Part shown: positions 1-10,205 of the stretch, piece by piece
Layout of the letters: each line of letters starts with the position of its first letter
How positions within the stretch are numbered: the stretch's first letter is position 1
From: Candidatus Spongiisociaceae bacterium
Lineage (GTDB): Bacteria; Actinomycetota; Acidimicrobiia; Spongiisociales; Spongiisociaceae
Assembly: GCA_965262915.1 (NCBI GenBank)
Contig: OZ253564.1
Coordinates: 1,120,001 to 1,184,000 of the forward strand
Length of the DNA: 64,000 nt
Reading direction: 5' to 3'
Program-made: the position numbers and the translations under genes
The notes under the pieces: generated by a model
Seen by the model: only the letters and a program-made list of their open reading frames with translations
The model's database searches: none
What the model was told of the DNA's origin: nothing

Positions 1-206
1 ATGGATCTCCAGAAGCCAACGGTGCGTAGACGGTTGCGTGGGTTGAAGTGGAGGGAATCGGCTCCGGACCTTCGTTGTTGCCGCTACATCCCAACCCACG
101 TTTCGCGGCGGGCCGTGCCCTCTGTTCAGCGCTGGATACGCGAACAATGTAAGCTACATGCCCCTAGATCTTGAACTCGGTACGTGTCGGAACAGGAGAC
201 CACACC

Positions 207-1931
207 ATGGTCTCAGGCCTGGGATCAGTCCCGAAATCACTGGGAGAAGGCACGCCTGAGGAGGACACGCCCTTTCCGCTCGAGGCGGCTCATTGGGAAA
301 CCGAAGCGAAGTTCCTGATCGAAGACGCCGCGCACGTTGGAGATCTGATTGATTCTCTCGACTCGTATGACGTGCAGTCGGCGTTGGCCACCGATATCGT
401 GGATGATTACTGGGATTCTCCCGGCTGGCATCTCTTCAGGGCGGGGTGGGCGTATCGATGGCGCGACCACTCAGGCGACAAGAGCATGACGCTGAAGTCC
501 TACAAGTTACGGGACGGGATTGTGCAGAAGCGTCAGGAGGTCGAACGCCGAGTTCTGGCGTTTCCACAAGACGGCAGTCACCCTCTGGTTGCCGAGCATG
601 TCGCTGACCGATCCGACGGTCTTCGGTCGAGGGACCTGCGGAAGCTCTTCCGCGTGCAAACGCACCGTCGCCTCTTCGACATCCGGCTGTCCGATGATGC
701 GTTGGTGCAACTGGGGATCGATCAGACGACCATCACCACCGATGGCCCGGTCAAGAAGTCGGCGCCGGGCCACATGACGTTCGTAGAGCTGGAAATAGAG
801 CTGAAGAAGGGTCAGGAAGAGTCGCTACGGCAACTGGCCGCGGAAACACAGCAACGATTCGGCTTTCTGACCGCCCGTCTTAGCAAGTTCGAACGAGGAT
901 TACAGACCGCGGGCCTGTCGCCCCCGCGGGCTTCTCGAACGGTGTTGCCGACGAGCACCCCGTTTGTGCAGGCGTTGCGAGAACAGGAGCCCGCGCCGGC
1001 CGATCCGGCCATTCACCTGGCTTATGGCCGCTTACTCGAGCAATTCGAGGAAATGATCACCCAGGAGCCTAGAGCCTGGGAGGGTCTGGACCCCGAAGGG
1101 GTACACAAGATGCGTGTGGCCACGCGCCGCCTCCGTTCCGCGCTTCGAGCCTTCAAGAAGGTGCTGCCCGCCTCGATCCGTTCGTTCAACCGCGAGTTCA
1201 AGTGGCTCGCGGCCGCTCTTGGTGGTGTGCGCGACCTCGACGTCGCCAGGGGGAATCTCCCACACTTTCTGTCCGAGATTCCCCCGGAGGATGCTGCGCA
1301 CATGAACGACTATCAACAGTTCTTGGCCGATCAGTGGCAGAAGGAGCGAAGACGCTTGTTGGCCTGTCTGACTTCCCCTAGGTACGGGCGTTTGAAGACG
1401 GGCTTTGCCCAATTGGTTGAACGGGGTCCGTCTGTGCGCACCATGGAGACCTTGGGTTCGATCACGATTGGCGACGCCGCCCAGCTGCTCATCGGTAAAC
1501 GCTACCGGGGTGTGCTGCGCCGCGGTCGTGAGATCACATCTGTGTCTAGCGATGAGTCGCTACATGCGCTGAGGATTCAATGCAAGCGGCTGCGTTACCT
1601 CCTCGAGTTCTTCCGTCCAACTTATGGCGAGTTGCTCAAAGCGGAGACCACGCGGCTGAAGAAACTTCAGGATGTGCTGGGCGACTTCCAGGACGCGTGC
1701 GTTGCCGGCCAGCTGCTTCGCCGCTACGCCGAAGGCCTACCTATGCGCAGCAGCAACCGAGGCCAGCTCATCGCATTGGGCCAGCTGATCGGCGGCCAGG
1801 ACCGTCGGGCTGCGATGCGCCGGGCCGACTTCGCTCGGGCGTGGGAGCGGTTTGATTCCACCGGTGGCCGAACGGGAATCCTCATTCGCTTGGCAGAGAG
1901 TCGGGCCTCGGTCACCGGGAAACGCACCTAA
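207..1931 (+). CDS. CYTH + CHAD domain protein (polyphosphate-associated)
   Basis: ETEAKF (ExExK) and ELEIELK CYTH motifs; C-terminal CHAD motifs HKMRVATRRLRS, LHALRIQCKRLRY, LQDVLGDFQD; AGGAG upstream of ATG 207. Confidence 0.9.
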   Translation: MVSGLGSVPKSLGEGTPEEDTPFPLEAAHWETEAKFLIEDAAHVGDLIDSLDSYDVQSALATDIVDDYWDSPGWHLFRAGWAYRWRDHSGDKSMTLKSYKLRDGIVQKRQEVERRVLAFPQDGSHPLVAEHVADRSDGLRSRDLRKLFRVQTHRRLFDIRLSDDALVQLGIDQTTITTDGPVKKSAPGHMTFVELEIELKKGQEESLRQLAAETQQRFGFLTARLSKFERGLQTAGLSPPRASRTVLPTSTPFVQALREQEPAPADPAIHLAYGRLLEQFEEMITQEPRAWEGLDPEGVHKMRVATRRLRSALRAFKKVLPASIRSFNREFKWLAAALGGVRDLDVARGNLPHFLSEIPPEDAAHMNDYQQFLADQWQKERRRLLACLTSPRYGRLKTGFAQLVERGPSVRTMETLGSITIGDAAQLLIGKRYRGVLRRGREITSVSSDESLHALRIQCKRLRYLLEFFRPTYGELLKAETTRLKKLQDVLGDFQDACVAGQLLRRYAEGLPMRSSNRGQLIALGQLIGGQDRRAAMRRADFARAWERFDSTGGRTGILIRLAESRASVTGKRT

Positions 1932-2197
1932 GGCCCGAGAGAGCATCAGGACGGCGGATCGAGCCAGCCGTGCGAATTCGAAGGACCCTTCCAACCAACC
2001 CCCAGGTTTTGCGCAGACTCTCGTCTACTTGCCTCGAAGGTGACAGCCTCCCGCCGGGGTGTTGTCTACGGGAGGAAACGAGTGCCGCAAGATCTGATCG
2101 TCGATGACGGGCCATCGTCCGTAGCTGCCACTCGTAGCACTCAGGGTCACCCTCAGGCACTGGTCGGCCTCGCAACCTCGCGATGAGGCAGGCTAGG

Positions 2198-2826
2198 TCA
2201 GGCTTCGGTGGGAGTCCCGGCGTTCAGCCGGTGGTGACCGTCTGGCGTAGTCGGGGGTGATGTGGCCGTCGGCTAGGTCGGCCTGGACGGCTTGTGGGTC
2301 CGGTCGAGGGGGTTGCCATAGCCGCCTCCGCCGCCGGTGTGGCAGCGGACGGTGTCTCCTTGGCGGAGGAGCATGCGGGTGGTCTTGAGGCGGCGGACCT
2401 TTCGGGGGGTTGCGGAGTTGATGATGACTTCGGGGGTGCTCCGTCCTGGCCGCCGAAGAGGCCCCAGGCGGGGTTGGCTGAGCGCTCGAACCAGAGGCTC
2501 ATCCTGGTGTCGGTGGTCATCCGGTATTCTCGGATGATGCCGTTGCCTTCTCGCCATCGGCCGGGTCCGGCGGAGTCCTGGCGGTAGTCGTACTCGGTGA
2601 TGTGGGCGGGGAACTTGGATTCGAAGACTTCGATGGGCATGTCGTGGAAGTTGCCGGACAGGGTCCAGATCATGCCGTCCTCGCCGTCGCGGCCTTGTGG
2701 GGCGCCCCATCCGCCTACGTGGGGTCCGTTGCCGAGGAACAGTTCGCCCGTGCGGGGGCTGATGCCGGTGAACTGGAAGATCATGCCGTCGCCGTAGTGG
2801 GCGGCGGGGACGGTGTCGGCGAGGGC
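2198..2826 (-). pseudogene. Hydantoinase B/oxoprolinase 3' fragment, copy 1 (frameshifted)
   Basis: AAHYGDGMIFQFTG...MPIEVFESKFP...DSAGPG...GGGGYG, ends HHRLNAGTPTEA-stop; no 5' half. Confidence 0.88.
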
Positions 2827-3126
2827 TGTTGTCCTCGTTCACATCGGGATGTAGTCGACGATGCTTCCGGCGTCACATCTGCTGCGTCCTTGAGACACTT
2901 CGACGGATCTAGGACCGAGCGGAGTATGGTCAACTCGGTCTGAGGATCTGACCTAACACGTTTAATGTGTTGACGATCGTTGAGGGTGGCAGTGATCGAC
3001 ATAGGCTATTTGCCCTGGGCCAGTTTGATGAGCTCTCGCCACTCAGCCCGCAACCTGCACATAGTCAGAGCGGCCAAAGGTGTCGAGCTTGGTGGCCAGG
3101 TCATGCAGCTGGCCGGCTATTGGCCC

Positions 3127-4440
3127 TCAGAGGCTGAGGCTGTAGCCTCCGGGCGGATCTGCAGTGGGTGGGGGCCTGTCTGGTACTGGTCGGACTGGCC
3201 GTTCACGGAGCGTGCTGCCTTGTGGGGTGGCTAGGGAGCGTTCCAGGGAGGTGAGCAGTTCTATAACGGAGGGGGCTTCGAGGACGCGGTTGCGGGGGCT
3301 GCTGGAGGGTCGGAGCCGCAGGATACCGGCTTGGAGGAGTTGTGTGATAGCAGCTCGGACAGCTACCGGGGAACGTCCTACCAGTTGTGCTGCCTTATCG
3401 GGAGTCAAGAGGGGAACCCCGGGGAGGATTCCTACGAGCAGATCCAGGGCGGAGCCTTTTCGGTAGCGTCCCAGCTTCTGGTTCCACTCGTCGGTCAGTT
3501 GGTTGATCCGGTCGCCGTATTCCACCGCGTCGTCGCATGCCCTTCGGGTAGCGGCTGTGAATGTGCCCAGCCACGGCTGTAGGGCGGCGTCTCGTTGAGA
3601 GCTGCCGGCCGGGCCTTCGTGCCGAAAGTCCGTGAGCCCTTCAACGTAGGAGTCGGACCAGGTAGACAGGACCAGACTGATCGGCGGCACGAACCGGGGC
3701 GCCAGTCCGCGTCTTCGCAGCACGATGTGGATCAGTGCCCGACCGGCACGGCCGTTGCCGTCTCCGAAAGGGTGGACCGTCTCGAATTGGGCGTGAGCGA
3801 CCGCGGCTTGGGTGAGTGGACTGTGATAGTCGGTGTTCACATAGTCGGCGAGATCGCTCATCAACTCGGGCACCCGGTCTGGGGGAGGAGGCACATAGGC
3901 GGCGTTGCAAGGGTTGAAACTTCCTCCCCCAACCCAGCCTTGCTCTTGGCGCAACACTCCTCCCAGCTCCGGGTTGGGGGAGCGGCCCATCAGTAGCTTG
4001 TGGACTTCCAGAAGGCCATCGAGGGTGACCGGCCCTTGCTGAGCGGCCAGGTCTACTGCCTGGCGCATGGCGTCGATGTTGCCGACCACTTCCGTCGCGA
4101 TGCTGTCTGTGGCAGCCAAGCCTTTTGCTATCTGTTCCTCGGCCGCTAGCAGACGCCGGGGACCAACCCTGAGGCCCTCGATGGCCGACGAGCCCACCGA
4201 CTCTGCTCGCAGCAGGAACCGGCCCATACCGGCCAAACCGGGGTGCCGCACGTCGGAACGGTTCAGGTCCCGTACCGCCTCCTCGGCTTGACTGACAGAC
4301 GCTGCCAACGAACCGGGAATCAGCGGATCCCACCCGGCCAGTAGATCAGGCGAGTAAGGGTGATACCAACCGCCCATCCGATCCGACCGGGTAGGACCCT
4401 CAAACCGAGGCGCCCACCACATCCGCAGATACTCCGCCAC
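3127..4440 (-). CDS. Fic family protein
   Basis: Canonical Fic motif HPFGDGNGRAGR; likely GTG start at 4440. Confidence 0.92.
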   Translation of the reverse strand: MAEYLRMWWAPRFEGPTRSDRMGGWYHPYSPDLLAGWDPLIPGSLAASVSQAEEAVRDLNRSDVRHPGLAGMGRFLLRAESVGSSAIEGLRVGPRRLLAAEEQIAKGLAATDSIATEVVGNIDAMRQAVDLAAQQGPVTLDGLLEVHKLLMGRSPNPELGGVLRQEQGWVGGGSFNPCNAAYVPPPPDRVPELMSDLADYVNTDYHSPLTQAAVAHAQFETVHPFGDGNGRAGRALIHIVLRRRGLAPRFVPPISLVLSTWSDSYVEGLTDFRHEGPAGSSQRDAALQPWLGTFTAATRRACDDAVEYGDRINQLTDEWNQKLGRYRKGSALDLLVGILPGVPLLTPDKAAQLVGRSPVAVRAAITQLLQAGILRLRPSSSPRNRVLEAPSVIELLTSLERSLATPQGSTLRERPVRPVPDRPPPTADPPGGYSLSL

Positions 4441-4799
4441 TCGATCACTCCCTGGTTCGGGTAAGGCTAAGCAATAACCCAACCACCGCCACCCTCATAG
4501 CGACAGGATACCACGCAACCTGTTGCTAAGAGTCCCGGCCCGGCCGCCGTCCGGACAGGTAGACCCCAGCCTCGGGCTGCTAATGGGCATTGGTGGACGT
4601 AGCCGCCACCCCCCAGCGGATCATTCAGGTCAGAAACGAGTAAGCGACCGCAGCCCACGTTCGCGTCCCGACCTCTTGCTGCGAGCCGTTTACCTGGCGA
4701 CCACGATAACCGCAGGGGCCTGTCGATACGTAACAACCCGATCCTCCACGACGCTTGGAGCCGCTTTACCGAACCCTGGTCCTCGGTCGCTGAATGATC

Positions 4800-5170
4800 T
4801 GAGGCTGCGAACGCACCGTAGGACGCGTCGCCGGCACCGGTCGTGTCCACCGGTCGATGGACCGTCCGAACTGGGATGTGGGTCACGTCGGTACCTGTGG
4901 CGACAACGCACCCAACGTGGCGGAGCTTCACAGCGGCGAACCAAGCGCCGGCCGCGACGTAGTCCCGGGCCGCTCGCTCATGGTCCGGTCCGGCTAGGTG
5001 TTCGCTCTCCAGGCGCTGGGCACCAAAGCAGTGCAATCGGCTACGAGGTCGATGTAGGTATCCGGGTTGGTGGCAGCGTCGTCTGTGTGCGGGTCGAGGG
5101 TGATCATCGACCGGGCCTCGGCTGTGACTGCGACCCATCCGGCCTGGTATCGCACGGGTGGCCATGTACG
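4800..5170 (-). pseudogene. PfkB kinase fragment, degenerate duplicate of 12845-13726
   Basis: RTVHRPVDTTGAGDAS.GAFAA and flanking DNA closely match ~12980-13340; frameshifted, both ends missing. Confidence 0.85.
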
Positions 5171-5231
5171 CCGGTGGGCGAGCGGAGCAGCCTGCTTCCC
5201 CGGCTAGGTTTAGCCAGGGAGAACATCGATC

Positions 5232-6035
5232 ATGTCCGACAGCAGCATAAGCGAGTCTTACCGGAGGGATGGCTACTACTTCCCGATCCCCGTCCTTTCG
5301 GGCGATGAAGCCCGAGAGTGCCGCCGGCGCTTGGAGGCCTTCGAGGCCGAGCACCAAGGGTTGCCCGACAGATACCGCTTCAAGACTTACCTGGTGTGGA
5401 CCTGGCTCGATAGGCTGATTCGACATCCGCGGATCCTGGATGCTGTCGAAGCAGTCATCGGACCCGACATCTTGTGCTGGTCGACTGACTTCTTCATCAA
5501 GGAAGCACACGATCCGGGGTTCGTGTCATGGCACCAGGACTCGACCTACTGGGGGCTCGAACCTCCGGACGTGGTCACGGCTTGGCTGGGACTCACCGAC
5601 AGCACTGACGAGAACGGGTGTGTCCGCGTCGTGCCGGGCAGCCACCTGCAGGGCCAGGTTACGCATCACGACACTTTTGGAGAAGACAACCTGCTATCTC
5701 GAGGACAGGAAGTGATGGTGAAAGTCGACGAGAGCGAGGGCGTCGATCTCAGGCTGTCTGCCGGGGAAATCTCACTCCACCATGTCCTGGTAGTCCACGG
5801 ATCCCGGCCGAACCCATCATCGGACCGTCGCATCGGAGTCGCATTCCGCTACCTGCCCACCCATGTGCAGCAGACTGAGGGGGTCCGCGAGTCGGCCATG
5901 CTCGTGCGAGGAATCGACGAGTACGGGAACTTCGACCTCGAGCCCCGACCGCGGACCGACTTCGATGAGGCGGCGCTTTCGGCCCATGCCGATGCCATGG
6001 GGCGGTTCGAGAGATTCGGAGAAACATCGCTGTAG
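5232..6035 (+). CDS. Phytanoyl-CoA dioxygenase (PhyH) family Fe(II)/2OG dioxygenase
   Basis: WHQD motif, NGCVRVVPGSH, VHGSRPN..DRRIG; GGAG RBS. Confidence 0.92.
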   Translation: MSDSSISESYRRDGYYFPIPVLSGDEARECRRRLEAFEAEHQGLPDRYRFKTYLVWTWLDRLIRHPRILDAVEAVIGPDILCWSTDFFIKEAHDPGFVSWHQDSTYWGLEPPDVVTAWLGLTDSTDENGCVRVVPGSHLQGQVTHHDTFGEDNLLSRGQEVMVKVDESEGVDLRLSAGEISLHHVLVVHGSRPNPSSDRRIGVAFRYLPTHVQQTEGVRESAMLVRGIDEYGNFDLEPRPRTDFDEAALSAHADAMGRFERFGETSL

Positions 6036-6071
6036 GGGGCGAACCCCTTTGCACCGGGTTTCTCAGTACCC

Positions 6072-6424
6072 TCCCAGGAACAGTTCGCCGGTGCGAGGGT
6101 TGATGCCGGTGGGCTGGAAGACCATGCCGTGGCCGTAGAGGGCGGGGGAGAGGGCCGAGCAGATAGGGTCGATCATCGGTCGAGGGGGGTCAAGTGGACC
6201 TGGCAGGCGGCGGGGGAGCGGGCATGGTGGATCGATCCGGGTTTGGTGAGTACTTCCCGGGGGCGGAAGGTGCCTCCGTTGACGGGTTGGCGGGAGTTGA
6301 ACAGGTACTTGAAGGCTAGGCGGCAGGCGGACAGAGTCTTTACGGCGCCGCAGTTGATGGGACCCTGGCCGGGTCCGTCGATCTCGGCGAGGCCGAAGGC
6401 CAGGCGCTCGCCCTCCACCGTGTT
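6072..6424 (-). pseudogene. Hydantoinase B internal fragment, copy 2
   Basis: VEGERLAFGLAEIDGPGQGPINCGAV..LSACRLAFKYLF...TGINPRTGELFL. Confidence 0.85.
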
Positions 6425-6485
6425 GATAAACCCATGACACTGGGGTCGGCATGGGAGCCACCTACGACATAGTTGGCTGAGTGCT

Positions 6486-8465
6486 CTACAGACTGATGGA
6501 GTAGGTCGCTAATTGTTCTGGGTATTCGGATCGTGAGTATATGACTATTGTGTAGACGCCGCTGGTGGTGATGAACTGTCGGAGGTCGGCTTCGATGGTT
6601 ACGCTTCCATCCGAGTGGACGTCCCAGGTGTGAGCTACAACATCCTCTGGGTCCAGATCCGGATAATATGATCCGGGCGATGGTGGTATAAGTACTCGCA
6701 CGATCGGTTCTATATTCTCACAGTCATCAGTGAAGCCACCACCCACACAGTAGGCTTTGAGTCTGAAGATATCCTCCGGTCGCTTCGGAGTTGGTGGTGG
6801 GTCGTAGTAGATCGCTATCCCGCCTATCTCAATGCTGGCCTCGGGTCGTAGTGAAAGGCGTAGTAGCCCGCCGGTGAGGTCGGGCGCTGTTTCGTGGGTT
6901 AGCCGTGTGTATTCGAAGTGCTGAAAGTACGTAACATGGCTCTCAGTAAACGATATACCGATGTTGACGGTATCGTAGATAGGGTCAATGATCGTATCGC
7001 GATGCCCCCAATTCGCATGAGCATCGTCATACATCATGCCCCACTGAAGTGACTCGATCGCGCTGAGCACATCGATGTCTCCGCATACGACGGTCGGATC
7101 ATCACACCTTTCTGATCCTCTAGCCTGCCCCGCAGCGTTCTCAGCCATTACACCGATGCCACCTGCTTGCGTGTACAACATGTACGGCTTCAATCCATCC
7201 GATGTCCAGTGCCCTGTTAAGTACCCACTACGTACCGAGTCTTCTGCATGGGCCTGTGCAGCCTGGTTCGACCCGAGCCGGACAGGCGGTGAACCGTGTG
7301 ACTGACGATCCCGGTTTATGAGCTCAACGGCAAAGAGGCGAAGCTCCTCGAGCGTGGGGAACTCCGGCTCATCGAAGGATACAAGGCCGGTATCCGGCTG
7401 TAGATCAGCGGTGTCCAGGTTGATGAAGTATCTGCTTGCTGGAAGCTCAGAACCTGTCCAGACCACCACTTCATACACACCGGGTCCTGGGACCAATTCT
7501 GCGATAGACACAGCTATCGAGGTCATATGACTATCACTCGACCAGTATTCGGCCGTGATATCGACGTCCCGGAGAGTCAGCATCTGACTGCTGTCCGGTG
7601 GTCTGTGTATTGAGAGGACCTTGGTACGGGATAAGGTAGCCGTGGGGGAAGAAGGAGCCGGATAATAGTACAGATCGACACTTTCGATCTCGACTCCACT
7701 ATACGGGACCACTTCGAGACTCAGGACTCCACCTGACACCGACGGTTCCTTCAGATATGTCAGCTTCTGGTGCTCTAACTGAAAGACCACCACAAACGTG
7801 AAGTCTGTGTACGCAACTCCCACATGTAGAGTTTCCCAATCAGAGAACAGCGGACTCTCCCGCTCCTCAGGAAACGTCTCCGCCAAACGCGAATCCACAT
7901 ATTCCGACAGGTACGCCTCCGGGTCGGTTCTCGTACAGATCACCAGAGCAGACCGACACTGGGTGAGTTCAGCGGTGTCGAGATAGCCACGGATCGCGCC
8001 TGAGGACAAGATGGCTCCTCGGCCCCCGGTCGCTGTGTACACAACCTCGAGCGGTAGTCCATCCTGGGTGTAATCTGCCAGACGTAAGGCCTCAAGGGCC
8101 TGCTCAGCCACATACTGGGCGGCAACACCATCCCCGATCTCCAACGGGGCACGCCCCCGGTCGATCCGTTGCCGGTTGACACGGTCCACCGCCATAGCTC
8201 GAAGCGACGCGACCTCATCAGACGGAACAGTATCCACTCGGCCCAGTGAACCGTCCGCACCCTGGTCCGTACTCGGAGAGGCCGAGGCCGTGCCACCACG
8301 CGACGTTGACTCCTGGTCCCGAACAGGCTCACTAGGACCGTCGAAGTCGACAACCTGACCATCCTCACCACACGCCAAAACCAAGAAAACAGCCAGCACA
8401 GCACCCAGGCAAACCCGCCTACTAGACACCCCCAAACACCAATCCCCCGACGTTCTCCGTATCAT
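6486..8465 (-). CDS. Lipoprotein with two CAP/SCP-like domains
   Basis: Lipobox FLVLAC; ELINRDRQSHG..AAQAHAED..GHW..GHRDTIIDP.YDTVNIGI; degenerate N-terminal repeat of the same domain; start uncertain. Confidence 0.75.
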   Translation of the reverse strand: MIRRTSGDWCLGVSSRRVCLGAVLAVFLVLACGEDGQVVDFDGPSEPVRDQESTSRGGTASASPSTDQGADGSLGRVDTVPSDEVASLRAMAVDRVNRQRIDRGRAPLEIGDGVAAQYVAEQALEALRLADYTQDGLPLEVVYTATGGRGAILSSGAIRGYLDTAELTQCRSALVICTRTDPEAYLSEYVDSRLAETFPEERESPLFSDWETLHVGVAYTDFTFVVVFQLEHQKLTYLKEPSVSGGVLSLEVVPYSGVEIESVDLYYYPAPSSPTATLSRTKVLSIHRPPDSSQMLTLRDVDITAEYWSSDSHMTSIAVSIAELVPGPGVYEVVVWTGSELPASRYFINLDTADLQPDTGLVSFDEPEFPTLEELRLFAVELINRDRQSHGSPPVRLGSNQAAQAHAEDSVRSGYLTGHWTSDGLKPYMLYTQAGGIGVMAENAAGQARGSERCDDPTVVCGDIDVLSAIESLQWGMMYDDAHANWGHRDTIIDPIYDTVNIGISFTESHVTYFQHFEYTRLTHETAPDLTGGLLRLSLRPEASIEIGGIAIYYDPPPTPKRPEDIFRLKAYCVGGGFTDDCENIEPIVRVLIPPSPGSYYPDLDPEDVVAHTWDVHSDGSVTIEADLRQFITTSGVYTIVIYSRSEYPEQLATYSISL

Positions 8466-8659
8466 CGGCCCGGAAGGCGTCGGAGGGCTCGCGTGCCGGT
8501 CCTGGAAGAGGCGTCGCGGGTACCCGCCATGACAGCCTGCACGGTCTTGGGATGTCCTTCGTGGGCCACGCCGCTGGATCGTAGCTAGATTCGGGCTACC
8601 TACCTGCGGGGGCGGGGAGGGTGGGGGCGGGTCAACGACTCCCGCGATTGGTTCCACAC

Positions 8660-8970
8660 ATGAACGCCGTAGCAGCCTCCGCCGCCGGTGTAGCAGCGGG
8701 CGGTGTCGCCTTCGCCGGAGGGCGTGCGGTTGGTTTTGAGGCGGCGGGTCTCTGTGGGGTTCCGGGGTTGATGATGACTTCGGGCGGTGCGCCGGCCTGG
8801 CCGCCGAAGAGGTCCCAGGCGGGGTTGCCGGAGCGTTCGAACCAGAGGCTCATCTCGGTGTCGATGCTCATCCGGTAGTTGCGGATGATGTCGTTGCCTC
8901 CACGCCATCGGCCGGGGCCGGCGGAGTCCTGGCGGTAGGTGTCTCAGTGACGCGGACCGGGGAACTTGCG
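8660..8970 (-). pseudogene. Hydantoinase B 3' fragment, copy 3
   Basis: YRQDSAGPGRWRGG...DTEMSLWFERSGNPAWDLFGG...GGGGCYG. Confidence 0.85.
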
Positions 8971-9089
8971 TTGATGATTGTCGAAGTCTTGTCTCGATCG
9001 CTGAAACTCACCCCCTATCGCCTGCAGACGATTCCCGGTTTCACGGGGCCGCTCCGAGATGGTGGATGCGCGATGCGGGCCGAGGCCGG

Positions 9090-10034
9090 TCAGAAGAGGG
9101 CGGCCTGTCCGGGGTGCGAACTCTCGTCGGGCTCGGATTGAGGGCTTTCGAGGATGTTCCGGAGTTGGGATGCGTCGGTGAGGGGGATCGCGCCCATGTC
9201 AGCGAGAGCCTCGTTTCCCGGACCTTCGCCAAGGCCTCGCCAGACAGCCACCCGGCAGTAGCGGCCCTTCATCGCCTCCGTCGCCCCTGACCACGTACCG
9301 CCCGAGCCCTTGTCGGCCGCTACCGCCACGGTTACATCCGAGAGGGCGTATATGAGCTTGTTCCGGCCCATCGTCGTGCCGACCGAGAACGGGGAGTCCG
9401 GTGCATATGGTGTACACATGACTGTCCGGCCCTCGTAAACGGCTCGGCGGACACCCGGGGACTTTAGGATGCGGGCGAGCGAGTGGGCCGGGGCGCCGAT
9501 CACGTTTCCTTCCGCCGTGAAAGCCGCGTTCATGGCCAGTTGATCCACCGCTCGGGCCTCACCTGAGATCAGCGGGACGCCGAGTGACGCCGCCTGCTTA
9601 CCGAGATCCGTCGCGACTCGGGCGCCTTCGTTGCTCACGTTGCGGCTTCCCACGACTCCGACGCCTCCTTCGTCGAGGAGTTCCAGTGCTCCGGCGGCGT
9701 GGAGTATCGGCGGTGCCTTGGGCCCGAGGCTCGCGCGAAGCCGCTGCGGATAGTGGTCGTCGAACGGTGTGAGGGTGGCTATCCCGGACTGGTCGAGCCG
9801 TTCCAGTTGGAAGGCCATCGTGGTAGCCCTCGCCAGCAGGGCGACCACCCGGTCCGCCATGTCCGCCATCAGCCCGGTGCCTACTAGATCGTTCTCGGTC
9901 ATCCCGAGAAGACCGCCGGGGTGGCCCATGTCGGTGACCAGCTTCCAGAATTGGCGAGCCGTGAGCGGACTTGTCCCATCGCTCGCTATCCGGCTCACCA
10001 GGAGGATCGTGGCCAGTGCGTCATCGCTCCTCAT
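9090..10034 (-). CDS. dprA: DNA-processing protein DprA/Smf family
   Basis: YPQRLR..APPILH, VGVVGSR, MGRNKLIYALS, GGTWSGA. Confidence 0.88.
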   Translation of the reverse strand: MRSDDALATILLVSRIASDGTSPLTARQFWKLVTDMGHPGGLLGMTENDLVGTGLMADMADRVVALLARATTMAFQLERLDQSGIATLTPFDDHYPQRLRASLGPKAPPILHAAGALELLDEGGVGVVGSRNVSNEGARVATDLGKQAASLGVPLISGEARAVDQLAMNAAFTAEGNVIGAPAHSLARILKSPGVRRAVYEGRTVMCTPYAPDSPFSVGTTMGRNKLIYALSDVTVAVAADKGSGGTWSGATEAMKGRYCRVAVWRGLGEGPGNEALADMGAIPLTDASQLRNILESPQSEPDESSHPGQAALF

Positions 10035-10205
10035 CGCACCGACCTCCCTGCCTTACTGGCCATGACAAGAGGATATCCCGGCTCGTATCCTGCGTCCTGA
10101 CGACCTGATCGTGCGGAGCCTGACCCGACTCCCATGGGTTGGCTGGTTTCGCGCGCCTCTTCCCGGAGGCTCAGAGTGCTCTGGCTGGAGGTTTGCGCCG
10201 GTCGG

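Noticed and set aside
2781-3126. Short minus-strand ORF remnants between Fic and hyuB copy 1
   Set aside because: Possibly gene debris, but there is no recognisable motif to support a call.
4467-5510. 347-aa minus-strand ORF
   Set aside because: Chimeric shadow frame running through the antisense of PhyH and the pfkB relic.
8606-8632. G-run tract (possible G-quadruplex) beside hyuB copy 3
   Set aside because: Single occurrence in high-GC DNA and not repeated at the other junctions.
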